In this document: in pieces, positions 9,413-19,890 of the stretch | How positions within the stretch are numbered: the first letter of the stretch is position 1 | Layout of the letters: the number at the start of each line of letters is the position of its first letter | Assembly: GCA_051880035.1 (NCBI GenBank) | Contig: JBJENE010000014.1 | Coordinates: 1 to 64,000 of the forward strand | Direction: 5' to 3' | Origin: Butyrivibrio sp. | GTDB lineage: Bacteria > Bacillota > Clostridia > Lachnospirales > Lachnospiraceae | DNA: 64,000 nt | Position numbers and translations under genes: made by a program | The notes under the pieces: generated by a model | Told to the model about the DNA's origin: nothing | What the model saw: only the letters and a program-made list of their open reading frames with translations | Databases searched by the model: none

Positions 9413-10558
9413 TTATGCCTTACCGGCTTTAAGGCTTTTCTTCCCTGACAGCAAAAATGCCGCAATCGCAGAAGTAAACGGTACCGTAAGAATAATTCCC
9501 ATGGTACCGGCAATACCACGCATTATTTCAATTCCGATTGAATACATGTTTACAATCTGATGCATCTGATATGAATAGGAATAGATTATCATTATGGTAT
9601 TAATTGAACTTCCCACAAACGCAAGAATAAGGGTATTTGACATTGTACCAATCATATCTCTTCCCACATTCATGCCTGATTTAAAAAGTTTTTTAAATGT
9701 AAGGGTATTATCCACCTCACAAAGTTCATTAAGGGTAGTTGATACCGACATTGCCACATCCATTACCGCCCCCAGGGAAGCAATTAACATTCCGGAATAA
9801 AGCATATTGCTTACATCCAGTCTGGTCTGCTGCCCTATATATATCAGACTTTCTATTTCATCCACATTGTTCCCGTTAATATGTGCCGCTTTTCCGAAAA
9901 CAACCGAAATTATTCCGGCAACCACAACTCCGCATATTGTTCCCGCAATTGCCGAAGCGGATTTTTTACTTATGTCGGCTATCAGTATTATTGATACCAC
10001 TGATATAATAATTACCGAAATTACTGCCGCCCAAAACGGCGGGCAGCCGATGTACATAAGCGGAACATACATCATTATTATTACTATAAAAGTAAAAATA
10101 AGTGCCAGTATTGAATTAAATCCTTTTTTCTTCCCACCTATCAGCCACATCAGACCGAGAAAAAGTGCCGTTAACACCGCCATCTCTGTCTCGCGGTCAT
10201 AATTATATACGCTTCCCGAAACAGAGCCGTTATATTCGCTTACTTTGGCTATTACCTTTGTTCCCAGTTCGCAATGTGCTCCGTAAAGATATCCGTTCAT
10301 ACTCGTTGCAGGAATTGTCTGCCCTTTAAATGTCCCGGATTTAATAAGCAAAGTAACCCTCTGGGTGGTGCCGTCCGTTTCGCCGGCATCACCTTGAAGG
10401 TCACTGTTTTCCACTCCCGTTACTACAGCTTTGGCAAACTCCGTATTGTCGTCTGCCAAAAGCTGCACTTTAGTGATTCCTCTGTTGAAAACAATTATTG
10501 CTATTATAATTCCGAGTACGACAATATATTTGCCTGCATTCTGAATTATTCTTCGCAA
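9413..10558 (-). CDS. YibE/F-family polytopic membrane protein
   Basis: N-terminal TM, about 120-aa extracytoplasmic domain, then 7-8 TM helices; architecture typical of YibE/F. Confidence 0.55.
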   Translation of the reverse strand: MRRIIQNAGKYIVVLGIIIAIIVFNRGITKVQLLADDNTEFAKAVVTGVENSDLQGDAGETDGTTQRVTLLIKSGTFKGQTIPATSMNGYLYGAHCELGTKVIAKVSEYNGSVSGSVYNYDRETEMAVLTALFLGLMWLIGGKKKGFNSILALIFTFIVIIMMYVPLMYIGCPPFWAAVISVIIISVVSIILIADISKKSASAIAGTICGVVVAGIISVVFGKAAHINGNNVDEIESLIYIGQQTRLDVSNMLYSGMLIASLGAVMDVAMSVSTTLNELCEVDNTLTFKKLFKSGMNVGRDMIGTMSNTLILAFVGSSINTIMIIYSYSYQMHQIVNMYSIGIEIMRGIAGTMGIILTVPFTSAIAAFLLSGKKSLKAGKA

Positions 10559-12678
10559 TCGTTTTCCTTCTTTCTTCCTACTACTGTTATTGCCAGACCT
10601 GCGGCAAGCATTCCAATTGCAGGAACGATGATTTTAATTGAAGTATCTCCGGCATTAATATCATTTCCGCCTTCGGTTCCGTTGCCGCCTTCGGTTCCGT
10701 TGCCGCCTTCGTCTCCGTTGCCGCCTTCGGTTCCGTTACCGCCTTCGTCTCCGTTACCGCCTTCGTCCCCGTTACCGCCTTCGTCTTCGTTACCGCCTTC
10801 GTCTTCGTTACCGCCTTCGTCTCCGTTTTCGTCACCCGGGTCGGTTGACTTAAGTACAAGTTCTGAAATTGCAGTATTAACTGCTGCCTGAGCTTCTTTG
10901 ATTGTTGTTGATGATACAACCGGAACATCAAGACCGTCTAACTGAAGGTAGATTGTTTTATCAAGAATTGTTGAGTAGCCTCTCTTGAATCTGTTAGCTC
11001 CGTTATCACCGTTTGTGGCTCTGTCTGCAACAGAACCGTATCCGCTTACAGGGTCATCATCCGTATTGAATAATGTTGTAAAGATTTCAATTGCCGGATC
11101 TTCCGGTGTGGTATTTGCTTCAATAAGCTGTTTGAGATTATCTAATGCTGTTGTGAGTGCAGAAACACTGTCTTCTGTATATTTCTCGGTATCGATTACT
11201 TCAGCTTTTTCAACTGTTTCCTGTGCACTTTCATTTTCTGAAGTTTTAACGATTGTGAAATCATCAGCGTATTTTGCACCTGTATAATCGTATGTCTTAA
11301 TTGTCAGCTCTGTGTCTGAAAAGTCAATTGTTGAGAATGCCGGAAGGCATGCATTTGTTCTTTCAGCAATATAGTATGGTGTATAGTTGAGAAGGTTATA
11401 ATATTTAGAACCTGAGCCTGAGCCGGTTGAAATATACATTGTTCCTTCCGGATCTGTTACCGAATTTGAACTTAAGTCGTAATCAATCACATTACCGTCA
11501 AGTATCTGGTATGATCTTGAGTATGTATGATCATGCCCCGTAAGACATACATCAATGTCAAACTCATCCATGAGCGGTGCGAAAATTACTCTGTTTGTAG
11601 CTGCATCGGTATCTGCATGAGGTTCTCCTGAACCGTAGATATCGCTATGGAATATAACCACTTTCCATACTGCATCCGGATTGCTTTCGGTCGCTTTGGT
11701 AAGAAGCTGTCTATGCTCCTCGGCATTTCTGTTATTACTGTTAAGACTTATGAAAAGTACTTTACCATATGAAAAGTAGTAATCACATCCTGCTGCGGTT
11801 GCACCGAGATTATCCTCTGTATTAGGATTATTAAAATGTGCGGTATAATCTGAACCCTGGGTATCATGGTTACCTATTGTTGTGGCAACAGGCAGACTTC
11901 TTAAAACTGAAGAATAAAAATATCCTGCATACTCACTTTCCCTTGTTTTCTTATCATTGGATGATGAAGCTCCGCTTTTATCAATCTGGTCTCCTGCTGA
12001 GAGAAGAAATGCTGCGTCCGGATCGGTAATTACAGCCTGCTGCAATGTAAGATTCCAGTTATATGTATCCCTTGCCGCACTTGAATCTGTTGCTGTATTG
12101 TCATCGCTGCTTCCTGATGCACCAATCTGTGGATCTCCTGTAAGAATTACGGAAAAGCTGTCACTTGAACCGGTTTCGTATTTATACTCGGAAGACCATG
12201 TGGTTACTCCGCCTTCAACATAATTATCGGTGTATACATATCTGTATTCTTTGTTTTCCTGAAAATAATCTTTTATTGAAACCTTATTTGATGCAGCATA
12301 TGTACTTCCCTGCCAGTTTTCGGCTTCAATATCTGTGGCCGTTCCCACAAAAATCTTTGCCGCTGTCATCTTTCCGTACTCATATACTTTAACCGCAGGG
12401 GTTCCTTTTGTTTCTGAGTACCATGCAAAATTCAAATCATTTTCATCCTCGCCCGGAGTCAATGCGATTTTACCTGAGTCTGCACTTTCTCCTGCATTCC
12501 AGATGTTCGTTCTCCATGCCTGATAATCTGCGCTTCCGTCAGTATCACTCTTAAAAGTGCTTTCACCTGCATTATATTCGCCATAACCGAATGTAAATGT
12601 TGGAACTGCAGTTACGGCAAGCATTGATGCTGTCGCAATCATTGCAGCCTTTTTTACGAAGTTTCTGTTTTTCTTCAT
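10546..12678 (-). CDS. cell-surface calcineurin-like metallophosphoesterase with Gly/Asn/acidic repeat stalk and C-terminal TM anchor
   Basis: Signal peptide MKKNRNFVKKAAMIATASMLAVTA; phosphoesterase motifs GDQID, GNHD, GHDHTY; C-terminal (GGNGDE/GGNEDE)n repeats then IIVPAIGMLAAGLAITVVGRKK anchor. Confidence 0.75.
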   Translation of the reverse strand: MKKNRNFVKKAAMIATASMLAVTAVPTFTFGYGEYNAGESTFKSDTDGSADYQAWRTNIWNAGESADSGKIALTPGEDENDLNFAWYSETKGTPAVKVYEYGKMTAAKIFVGTATDIEAENWQGSTYAASNKVSIKDYFQENKEYRYVYTDNYVEGGVTTWSSEYKYETGSSDSFSVILTGDPQIGASGSSDDNTATDSSAARDTYNWNLTLQQAVITDPDAAFLLSAGDQIDKSGASSSNDKKTRESEYAGYFYSSVLRSLPVATTIGNHDTQGSDYTAHFNNPNTEDNLGATAAGCDYYFSYGKVLFISLNSNNRNAEEHRQLLTKATESNPDAVWKVVIFHSDIYGSGEPHADTDAATNRVIFAPLMDEFDIDVCLTGHDHTYSRSYQILDGNVIDYDLSSNSVTDPEGTMYISTGSGSGSKYYNLLNYTPYYIAERTNACLPAFSTIDFSDTELTIKTYDYTGAKYADDFTIVKTSENESAQETVEKAEVIDTEKYTEDSVSALTTALDNLKQLIEANTTPEDPAIEIFTTLFNTDDDPVSGYGSVADRATNGDNGANRFKRGYSTILDKTIYLQLDGLDVPVVSSTTIKEAQAAVNTAISELVLKSTDPGDENGDEGGNEDEGGNEDEGGNGDEGGNGDEGGNGTEGGNGDEGGNGTEGGNGTEGGNDINAGDTSIKIIVPAIGMLAAGLAITVVGRKKENDCEE
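10667..10830. repeat. about eight tandem 21-bp repeats (CCGCCTTCGGTTCCGTTG-like) encoding GGNG(D/T)EG heptads
   Basis: Direct visual periodicity in the sequence; the antisense 'ORF' 10274..10891 (PSVPLPPS repeats) is an artefact of this repeat. Confidence 0.8.
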
Positions 12679-12803
12679 AGTTTCCTCCTATAATTTTCAA
12701 TTAAAATTTATTACATGGAGAATTATAGGAATTAAATGTAAAAACCAAATTCTTTTAAAAGTATTCTTTTTGTAAAATAAAATAGAAATTCCCTGATAAA
12801 TGA

Positions 12804-12843
12804 AAAAGCTGTCGGAAAGTTTCGGTCTTCCCAACAGCTTTGG
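12804..12843 (-). terminator. intrinsic terminator after trpS
   Basis: Minus strand AAGCTGTTGGGAAGACCGAAACTTTCCGACAGCTT followed by TTTTTC. Confidence 0.6.
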
Positions 12844-12866
12844 TTATTATGTATTTACAAATTATA

Positions 12867-13952
12867 TTAAGCTTTGTACTTTTCTGCCTGCTCCTTAATG
12901 AGAGCTCCGTCATCAAAATAATTGATTTTCATTGCAGCTCTTACTTCACTGAGGGTATTTGCCGCAACCTCCTTTGCTGCCTCACTGCCTTTTTTAAGAA
13001 TATCATATACTGCAGGAATATCTTTCTCCCATTTCTTTCTTGCTTCCCTTATAGGCTCAAGCTCGGACTGCATTACATTATTGAGGAACTTCTTAACCTT
13101 AACATCTCCGAGTCCGCCTCTGGTATAATGCTCCTTAAGTTCATTAAGACCTTCATATTCCGGAAGGAATTCCTTGAAATGTTCCGGTTTGGAGAACGCA
13201 TCAAGATAAATGAATACAGGATTACCCTCAACATTACCCGGATCTTCCACACGAAGATGATTAGGGTCTGTATACATTGACATAACTTTCTTACGCACAT
13301 CCTCTTCCGTGTCGGAAAGATAGATACAGTTGCCTAATGATTTACTCATCTTGGCCATTCCGTCAGTTCCCGGAAGTCTCAGACATGCTTTATTGTCCGG
13401 AAGAAGTATTTCCGGCTCAACAAGAGTATCTCCGTATACCATATTAAATTTATTCACGATTTCCCTTGTCTGCTCAACCATCGGCATCTGGTCTTCACCT
13501 GCCGGCACGGTTGTAGCCTTAAATGCAGTAATATCAGCAGCCTGGCTTATAGGATATGTAAAAAAGCCTACCGGTATGCTTGTTTCAAAATTACGCATTT
13601 TAATTTCTGTCTTAACAGTAGGGTTTCTCTGTAATCTTGAGACCGTAACAAGATTCATATAGTAAAAAGACAGCTCTGTAAGCTCCGGAACCATGGACTG
13701 GATAAAAATTGTTGACTTATCCGGGTCAAGTCCGCATGCCAGATAATCCAATGCTACCTCAACTATATTCTGTCTTACCTTCTCCGGATTGTCAGCATTA
13801 TCCGTTAAAGCCTGGGCATCTGCAATCATTATATAAATACTGTCGAATTCACCTGAATTCTGAAGTTCAACTCGTCTCTTAAGCGAACCTACATAATGTC
13901 CCACATGAAGTCTTCCGGTAGGTCTGTCACCGGTTAAAATTATTTTACTCAT
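12867..13952 (-). CDS. trpS: tryptophan--tRNA ligase
   Basis: Class I motifs [10 protein letters not shown] (HIGH) and KMSKSLGN (KMSKS); length and N-terminal pattern typical of TrpRS. Confidence 0.85.
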   Translation of the reverse strand: MSKIILTGDRPTGRLHVGHYVGSLKRRVELQNSGEFDSIYIMIADAQALTDNADNPEKVRQNIVEVALDYLACGLDPDKSTIFIQSMVPELTELSFYYMNLVTVSRLQRNPTVKTEIKMRNFETSIPVGFFTYPISQAADITAFKATTVPAGEDQMPMVEQTREIVNKFNMVYGDTLVEPEILLPDNKACLRLPGTDGMAKMSKSLGNCIYLSDTEEDVRKKVMSMYTDPNHLRVEDPGNVEGNPVFIYLDAFSKPEHFKEFLPEYEGLNELKEHYTRGGLGDVKVKKFLNNVMQSELEPIREARKKWEKDIPAVYDILKKGSEAAKEVAANTLSEVRAAMKINYFDDGALIKEQAEKYKA

Positions 13953-14131
13953 ACTAAAAATACCTTTCCCTTTATAATGAAAATAGTTACTGTAAATATA
14001 CCATAATACACATGTTTATTCTATAGTATCGGGAAAAAAAGTCAAGAGCCAACCAAAAAGCTTATTGACATATTTTTCCTCAATTGCTATATTTATGCTG
14101 TAAAAAATTTTATTTCAAAGGAGAATTGGAA

Positions 14132-14383
14132 ATGGGAAATTCTAAAGGTTTGGCTATCGCATCTCTTATTCTGGGTATTGCCAGTGTATGTACCGGTTAC
14201 ATCTTCGTAGGTGTTGCATGTGGTATCGTAGCAATTATTCTTTCAGCTAAGTCAAAGCAGGCTATTGGTCCTAACGGTATGGCTACTGCAGGTCTTGTAC
14301 TCGGAATTATCGGTGTTGTATATGGTATTCCTGTATCAATCTGCTATGTGATATGTGGAATAGCCGCTAATGCACAAATCTAA
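14132..14383 (+). CDS. small DUF4190-like membrane protein
   Basis: MGNSKGLAIASLILGIASVCTG... two-TM small protein; GGAGA RBS 8 nt upstream. Confidence 0.5.
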   Translation: MGNSKGLAIASLILGIASVCTGYIFVGVACGIVAIILSAKSKQAIGPNGMATAGLVLGIIGVVYGIPVSICYVICGIAANAQI

Positions 14384-14463
14384 TTTTTGCGTACACATTT
14401 AATGTACATAACCACGCAGGCTTTGATTCATATCAGAGCCTGTTTTTAAATCAGGAGAGAACC

Positions 14464-15276
14464 ATGTATTCTTATTTTCATATATTCGGCAGAGATGTTT
14501 CCGCATACGGGGTAATGGCCATTGCGGGAATTATTGCAACTGTAATTTACAGCATAATAAGATGCCGCCAGAAAAAACTTAACGGTAATGATCAGCTCTA
14601 TTATCTGACATTTGCTTTCATTTTTCTGTACCTCGGAGCCACGATTCTTTTCCACCTGGTGGGTATTAAGGATTTAATATCTATACTTCCGTACCTGTTT
14701 ACGGATTTTAGATATTTCAAGGATCATTTCATAACCGGACTGGTATTTTACGGAGGTCTTTACGGAGCACTGGTGGGCTGTATGGTATACACCAAAATGT
14801 TCAGGCAGGACACCCGCACGATGTTTATGTATACGGTTCCCGTCATTCCGCTTTTTCATATGTTCGGAAGAATCGGTTGTTTCCTCGGCGGTTGCTGCTA
14901 CGGCATGGAAAGTGAGCGTTTCGGTATCGCTTATACAAATGCGGCAAGCGGTGCCAACGGAGTGCCTTATCTTCCGATTCAGCTTTACGAGGCTGTTGGT
15001 GAACTTATTATTTTTATAGTACTCTGCATCAACCAGCGTAAAGTCAAAAAATATTATCAGCCTATAGGTATTTATTTTGTATTATATGGGATAATGCGAT
15101 TTGTACTTGAATTTTTCAGAGGTGATGAGGTCCGTGGATTTTTTGGATTCTTATCCACTTCACAATGGATAAGCCTTATAACAATTCCGCTGGGAATATA
15201 TTGTCTGCTTGTTCCGACAGAAAAAAACTTTTTCAATAAATGGTTTACATCCAAAAAGAAAAAAGATGAAATATAG
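14464..15276 (+). CDS. lgt: prolipoprotein diacylglyceryl transferase (putative)
   Basis: Polytopic membrane protein with GRIGCFLGGCCYG resembling the Lgt GRxGNF signature, and an SAYG motif near the N-terminus. Confidence 0.6.
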   Translation: MYSYFHIFGRDVSAYGVMAIAGIIATVIYSIIRCRQKKLNGNDQLYYLTFAFIFLYLGATILFHLVGIKDLISILPYLFTDFRYFKDHFITGLVFYGGLYGALVGCMVYTKMFRQDTRTMFMYTVPVIPLFHMFGRIGCFLGGCCYGMESERFGIAYTNAASGANGVPYLPIQLYEAVGELIIFIVLCINQRKVKKYYQPIGIYFVLYGIMRFVLEFFRGDEVRGFFGFLSTSQWISLITIPLGIYCLLVPTEKNFFNKWFTSKKKKDEI

Positions 15277-15278
15277 CC

Positions 15279-15312
15279 AAAAACTCCGGTCACAACCGTG
15301 ACCGGAGCTTTT
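15279..15312. terminator. bidirectional terminator between convergent lgt and the 15352..15813 gene
   Basis: CTCCGGTCACAACCGTGACCGGAG perfect stem flanked by AAAAA (5') and CTTTTG (3'); a second weaker hairpin lies at 15319..15338. Confidence 0.6.
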
Positions 15313-15351
15313 GCATTTAAGGCTGTTTAACAGCCCTTATGTTTTTGATTA

Positions 15352-15813
15352 TTAGAACAAATCAATTCTTCCGGCATTCTTCTTATTAATTACATAATAA
15401 GCAGCATTTTCTTCCGGCTTTAAATATACCTGTAAAGACTTAATTGAAGATGCTCTGTGTCCTTCTGCAACATATGCATCTGTGATTTTTGCAATAATTG
15501 CATCAGAAGCAGCTTCTCTTCCGGCATACTGAACATAAATCTCAGACACAAGTTCTGCCTTCTTCTCTACAACCTTCTTAGTGGTTGCCTTTGTTGCCTT
15601 TTTAACTGTATTCGCTGTATCAGCAGCTTTCTCTGCTACTTTCTTAGTGCTTGCTGCGGCAGATTTTTTAACTTCTACTGCCTTTTCTGCAGCAGCCTTA
15701 GCTACATCAGTTGCTGTATCAGCTACTTTCTTACTTGTTTCCTTAACTGTCTTAGTTACTTCTTTACCCTTTTCGAGTAAAGCATCTTTAACTTCTGCTG
15801 TTTTCTTTGCCAT
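15352..15813 (-). CDS. hypothetical Lys/Ala-rich protein with conserved C-terminal domain
   Basis: MAKKTAEVKDALLEKGKEVTKTVKE... low-complexity K/A/T/V repeats; RBS AAGGAGGGAAAATATG. Confidence 0.45.
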   Translation of the reverse strand: MAKKTAEVKDALLEKGKEVTKTVKETSKKVADTATDVAKAAAEKAVEVKKSAAASTKKVAEKAADTANTVKKATKATTKKVVEKKAELVSEIYVQYAGREAASDAIIAKITDAYVAEGHRASSIKSLQVYLKPEENAAYYVINKKNAGRIDLF

Positions 15814-16020
15814 ATTTTCCCTCCTTGTTATTGACCAGGGGTCAATTGTGAAATTATTAACCAGCAAATATAATGTAGACCTTTTTACCAAAAAAAGCAA
15901 GTTTTTTTTATTATATTTTTACAAAAAGTTATCGCAAATAAGCACATTTTACGACCAAAAGGAGTATTAAAAACATTTAAAATTATATTTTTACCATTTT
16001 TTAACAGAATTATTCATGTT

Positions 16021-16494
16021 TTAGTGCTTTTTTCTCTTCTTTCCTGTCATGTTTTTTACGGTAAGTTTAAGTATCCTCGTCCTTGGTACTACATCAGTAT
16101 TAAATTGAAATTCTTCATTATGATACTGCTTCATAATAATACGAAGTGCCGCAATTTTCTCATCCTCATCAGTAATTTCTTCTATGATTCCATTCCCAAT
16201 AACGCTCTCATATTCCATCGTACAGTTTTTCTGTTCTTCATCCAGAATAAGCCTATGGGCACAGTCCATTTCAAAAGAAGCTCTGTTGTCTTTTTTAATA
16301 AGTTCATATTTTATGCCTTCGCATGCTCCGTGAAAATAAAGTTTCATACCGCCATCCGTAACTTCCATACCGAAATTAAGCGGCAGTATGTATGGATAAT
16401 CCTTGTCATTAAGGGCGAGGCGGCATACATCACATCGCTCTATTATTTCAACTATTTCATTAAAATCTCTGACTTCTCTGTCACTTCTTCGCAT
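16021..16494 (-). CDS. pyridoxamine 5'-phosphate oxidase-family FMN-binding protein (NimA-like split-barrel)
   Basis: MRRSDREVRDFNEIVEIIERCDVCRLAL... typical PNPOx-like N-terminus; AGGAGA RBS. Confidence 0.6.
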   Translation of the reverse strand: MRRSDREVRDFNEIVEIIERCDVCRLALNDKDYPYILPLNFGMEVTDGGMKLYFHGACEGIKYELIKKDNRASFEMDCAHRLILDEEQKNCTMEYESVIGNGIIEEITDEDEKIAALRIIMKQYHNEEFQFNTDVVPRTRILKLTVKNMTGKKRKKH

Positions 16495-16562
16495 TTTTAT
16501 TCTCCTGTGCTTTAAATTTGAAAGAATGCTTACTTCCGGAGCCGGAGTATCTCCCGCCGGTG

Positions 16563-17972
16563 TCAGCTTTTTTTGGTATTTCCGCCCACAATATTCTGGA
16601 GCCACACTCCGCTCTTTACCATAAAGAATCCAACCGTTACTTTAATAATTTCCGTAAATGTTACAAGGAAAAATACGGTTTTTATGCCGAGTCCGGTATA
16701 TTTTGCCAGAACATATGCAAAAGGAATGATAAGCACCCATGTATAACCACTGTCAAAGAAAAAAGTAATTATAGTCTTGCCTCCGGAACGCAGTGTAAAA
16801 TAGGCGCAATGTGAAAAAGCGCAAAGAGGCATTGCAAGTGCAGATATGAGAATAAACCCTGATGCAAGTTCTTTAATACTTGCCTCCGTCTTGTATATAT
16901 TCGGGAAAAATCTTCCGAATACAGCCATTATGGCAGCAACCGCCATACAGCACACAACACTGAAGAAAATCATTTTGTAGGATGCATCTTTGGCTTCTTT
17001 AAGCATTCCCGCTCCCAGATATTGTCCCACAATAACGGAAATACATGCTCCAAGCTGGATATAGACAATATTAAACAGGTTGGTGATTGTGGATGAAATA
17101 TTCTGCGCCGCAACCACTTCAAGTCCTCTTAAAGCATAGCATTGAACGATTACAGCCATTCCCATCGCCCAGAGCATCTCATTAATCATAAGAGGTGTAC
17201 CTTTTTTCAAAATACCCAGACATATATCCTTAGGAATACGAAGACTCCTGTATGCACCTTCAATAAATCTGTTCCTGACTTTATGAATATGAGTCCAGAA
17301 TATAACAATAATACTCTCTACGACTCTGGCAATTGCAGTTGCAAGCGCTGCACCTTTTACTCCCATTGCCGGCAATCCCAGTTTGCCGAAAATAAAAACA
17401 TAATCCAGAACCAGATTGATTACAACGGCAACAACACTGGCTAACATCGGAACCAGAGTCTGACCGGTCTCCCTTATGGTACTTACATAAGCCTGTGTCA
17501 CCGCAAAAGGAATCAGCGAAAACATCATTATAGCCATGTATTCTTTTCCGTATGCGAGGGCAAGCTCAATATTTCCCACTTCTCCACTGTCATTAAGATA
17601 TAAAGAAATCAGTTCCGTACCCCAAAATCCGAAAAGATACAAAGCAATTCCCGAAATCAGAAGACAAGCATACATCTTAAATCTGAATGCATACTTCTGA
17701 CCCTCATAATCGCCTTTTCCGAAAAACTGTGTACCGAAAATTCCTGCACCCGATACACCGCCAAACACGCATATATTAAAAACAAACAGAAGCTGGTTAA
17801 CTATCGCAACACCCGACATCTGTTCCGTTCCGATCTGCCCAACCATAATATTATCAAGAAAGCTGACAAAACTGGTTATTGCATTCTGTATTATCATCGG
17901 AAGTGCGAGATAAAGAACTTTTGAATAAAATTGTCTGTCTCCGATAAATTTGGTCTTAAATTTTTTAAACAT
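16563..17972 (-). CDS. MATE-family multidrug efflux transporter
   Basis: 469 aa with 12 predicted TM helices and MATE-like duplicated halves. Confidence 0.75.
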   Translation of the reverse strand: MFKKFKTKFIGDRQFYSKVLYLALPMIIQNAITSFVSFLDNIMVGQIGTEQMSGVAIVNQLLFVFNICVFGGVSGAGIFGTQFFGKGDYEGQKYAFRFKMYACLLISGIALYLFGFWGTELISLYLNDSGEVGNIELALAYGKEYMAIMMFSLIPFAVTQAYVSTIRETGQTLVPMLASVVAVVINLVLDYVFIFGKLGLPAMGVKGAALATAIARVVESIIVIFWTHIHKVRNRFIEGAYRSLRIPKDICLGILKKGTPLMINEMLWAMGMAVIVQCYALRGLEVVAAQNISSTITNLFNIVYIQLGACISVIVGQYLGAGMLKEAKDASYKMIFFSVVCCMAVAAIMAVFGRFFPNIYKTEASIKELASGFILISALAMPLCAFSHCAYFTLRSGGKTIITFFFDSGYTWVLIIPFAYVLAKYTGLGIKTVFFLVTFTEIIKVTVGFFMVKSGVWLQNIVGGNTKKS

Positions 17973-18110
17973 AATCTTTTCTCCGTAAATCGTGTATTAA
18001 AAAATAACCCTTAGTAAGTAGTCGTTTAATCATTATTGCATTGAAAAGTATTTATGTCAATCGGATATTTTTATTTTAAAATGATTGAAAATTAGAAGTT
18101 GATTGAAATA

Positions 18111-18139
18111 TTGATACGCTTAAACCGTTATGCTATAAT
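18111..18139 (+). promoter_or_regulatory. sigma-A-type promoter for the 18175 gene
   Basis: TTGATA-17 nt-TATAAT, about 35 nt upstream of the RBS. Confidence 0.55.
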
Positions 18140-18174
18140 TAATTTAGTTTTATTGAACGGAAAGGACTAATGAT

Positions 18175-18705
18175 ATGGCAGTAATAACAGAAGAATACCG
18201 AATCAGAGAATTTGAATACCTTAAAAGATTATTGGAGGCCGGCGATATTGCAGCTGAGATACTGCACAGTGACGGTGTTTTGGACGAAAGCTGTCTGATT
18301 ATCAGTATGCCTACGACATCAGACGATTTAGACGGACTTGTTCCTTCAGACCTTCATATGGCTAAGGCGTATCTGTCCCAATCAGATGATGAAGATGAGG
18401 ATACAGCCACCAAATACCTTTCTTTCATTATGCCGATTCAGGTAGATTTGAAGGATGTCGACGAGTATAAAATGCTTAAGTACCTTAATGAATGTAACGA
18501 GTGTATTCCGTTTGGAACTTGTTATTATTCCGAAAATCCTTTGAGTGGCCGTATGCTGGTACAGGTTAAGTGGGCAATCGGAGGAGTTATGGACGAACCT
18601 CTGAACGCCAATGTTTTCTGTGACACTGTATGCGAACTCGGTTTCTTATATGATTCTCTCAAAGAAGAATTGTTAGAAAAGCTTCCTTCATTAACCCGGT
18701 CATAA
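18175..18705 (+). CDS. hypothetical acidic cytoplasmic protein (possibly YbjN-like)
   Basis: 176 aa, very acidic, no motifs recognised. Confidence 0.4.
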   Translation: MAVITEEYRIREFEYLKRLLEAGDIAAEILHSDGVLDESCLIISMPTTSDDLDGLVPSDLHMAKAYLSQSDDEDEDTATKYLSFIMPIQVDLKDVDEYKMLKYLNECNECIPFGTCYYSENPLSGRMLVQVKWAIGGVMDEPLNANVFCDTVCELGFLYDSLKEELLEKLPSLTRS

Positions 18706-18725
18706 CAACGCCCGGATATTATTTA

Positions 18726-19691
18726 CTACTTTATTTTACGATTGAGATTTTTTAACATTTCTCTGTCACTTCGGATTGAGGCACAAGCGGCCGTAGTAAG
18801 CATATTTCCGGTAATTGAAGCGGAAGCTCCCGATTTAAATGCCCTTTCCCCGTCATTTGTAAGAAGAGCACGGCCTGCTGCCAGACGTATATCCGCCTGT
18901 GGATTAATATATCTGAAAAAAGCAATTGTTCTTAAAATTTCATCCTCAGTAGGTCTGGAGAGATTTTCCATCGGCGTTCCTTTGATCGGCATAAGCATAT
19001 TAACAGGTATCGAGTCAACACCGATTTCTGCCAGACTTACCGCCATATCCAGGCGATCCTCCCAGGTTTCTCCCATTCCTATTATTCCTCCTGAGCAGAC
19101 ACGCATTCCTTCTTCCTTAATAATCTTTAATGTTTCTATCTTCTGGTCATATGTATGTGTCGTACAGACACTTGGAAAAAATCTTTTGGATGTCTCTATG
19201 TTATGGTGATAACAGGTTACCCCTGCTTCATGTAAGCGGTGAAGCTGTTCTTTGTTTAAAAATCCCATGGACGCACACAATTCTATTTCACATTCACTGT
19301 TCATTGTTTCATATGCATTTACAGCCTTTTCAAATTCTTCCCCCGTAAGTGCTTTTCCTGATGTTACAACCGAAAATCGGTCCACACCTTCATTCTCAAT
19401 ATCTTTACAGGCTTTCAGTATTTCTTCCTCCGGAAGGAATCCGTAAACCTCACAACCCGTATTGTTATAAACCGATTGGGCACAGTATTTACAATCCTCC
19501 GGACAGCGTCCGCTTCTTCCGTTAATAACGGAACAAAGGTCTACTCTGTCCCCCATAAAATGTTTCCTTATATGGTCTGCACCCTCACACAGCTCATTCA
19601 AATCACATTCAAGGAAAAAAGACAAGTCATCATCTCTTGTAATTCTTCTTCCATCTATTATTTCCTGTGCTAAATCCAATGCATTATTCAT
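18726..19691 (-). CDS. bioB: biotin synthase (radical SAM); HydE-like alternative not excluded
   Basis: CPEDCKYCAQS radical-SAM cluster motif; YHHNIETS...CSGGIIGMGET aligns with the BioB YNHNLDTS...CSGGIVGLGE region. Confidence 0.65.
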   Translation of the reverse strand: MNNALDLAQEIIDGRRITRDDDLSFFLECDLNELCEGADHIRKHFMGDRVDLCSVINGRSGRCPEDCKYCAQSVYNNTGCEVYGFLPEEEILKACKDIENEGVDRFSVVTSGKALTGEEFEKAVNAYETMNSECEIELCASMGFLNKEQLHRLHEAGVTCYHHNIETSKRFFPSVCTTHTYDQKIETLKIIKEEGMRVCSGGIIGMGETWEDRLDMAVSLAEIGVDSIPVNMLMPIKGTPMENLSRPTEDEILRTIAFFRYINPQADIRLAAGRALLTNDGERAFKSGASASITGNMLTTAACASIRSDREMLKNLNRKIK

Positions 19692-19713
19692 TTCTTATTC
19701 CGACTCCTTCTAA

Positions 19714-19744
19714 ATCGTCAACCTTGTATCATTTTTAGTTGACA
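19714..19744. promoter_or_regulatory. inverted repeat TCGTCAACC-N13-AGTTGACAA upstream of bioB, BirA-operator-like
   Basis: Half-sites resemble the TTGTAAACC-type BirA box; sits in the bioB promoter region. Confidence 0.35.
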
Positions 19745-19890
19745 ATAGTATATCAGACTTCCATATTTTGTCAAGAATATAAAAAGAATCCGTCCTGCGG
19801 GATTGTTGTTTTCCACAAATAACGGCATAAAATAAGGCATCTGTCCACTTTCATGAACAAATACCTTATTTTCATTTTTAGGTATGATAT

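Noticed and set aside
10274-10891. 205-aa plus-strand ORF with PSVPLPPS repeats
   Set aside because: Antisense translation of the 21-bp tandem repeat inside the metallophosphoesterase gene; an artefact of the repeat.
13953-14131. Possible T-box leader upstream of trpS (and similarly upstream of glyQS at 43800..43888)
   Set aside because: The leader is too short (about 130 and 89 nt) and has no AGGGTGGNACCGCG T-box motif on either strand.
16024-16515. 163-aa plus-strand ORF
   Set aside because: Antisense to the PNPOx-family gene; no RBS.
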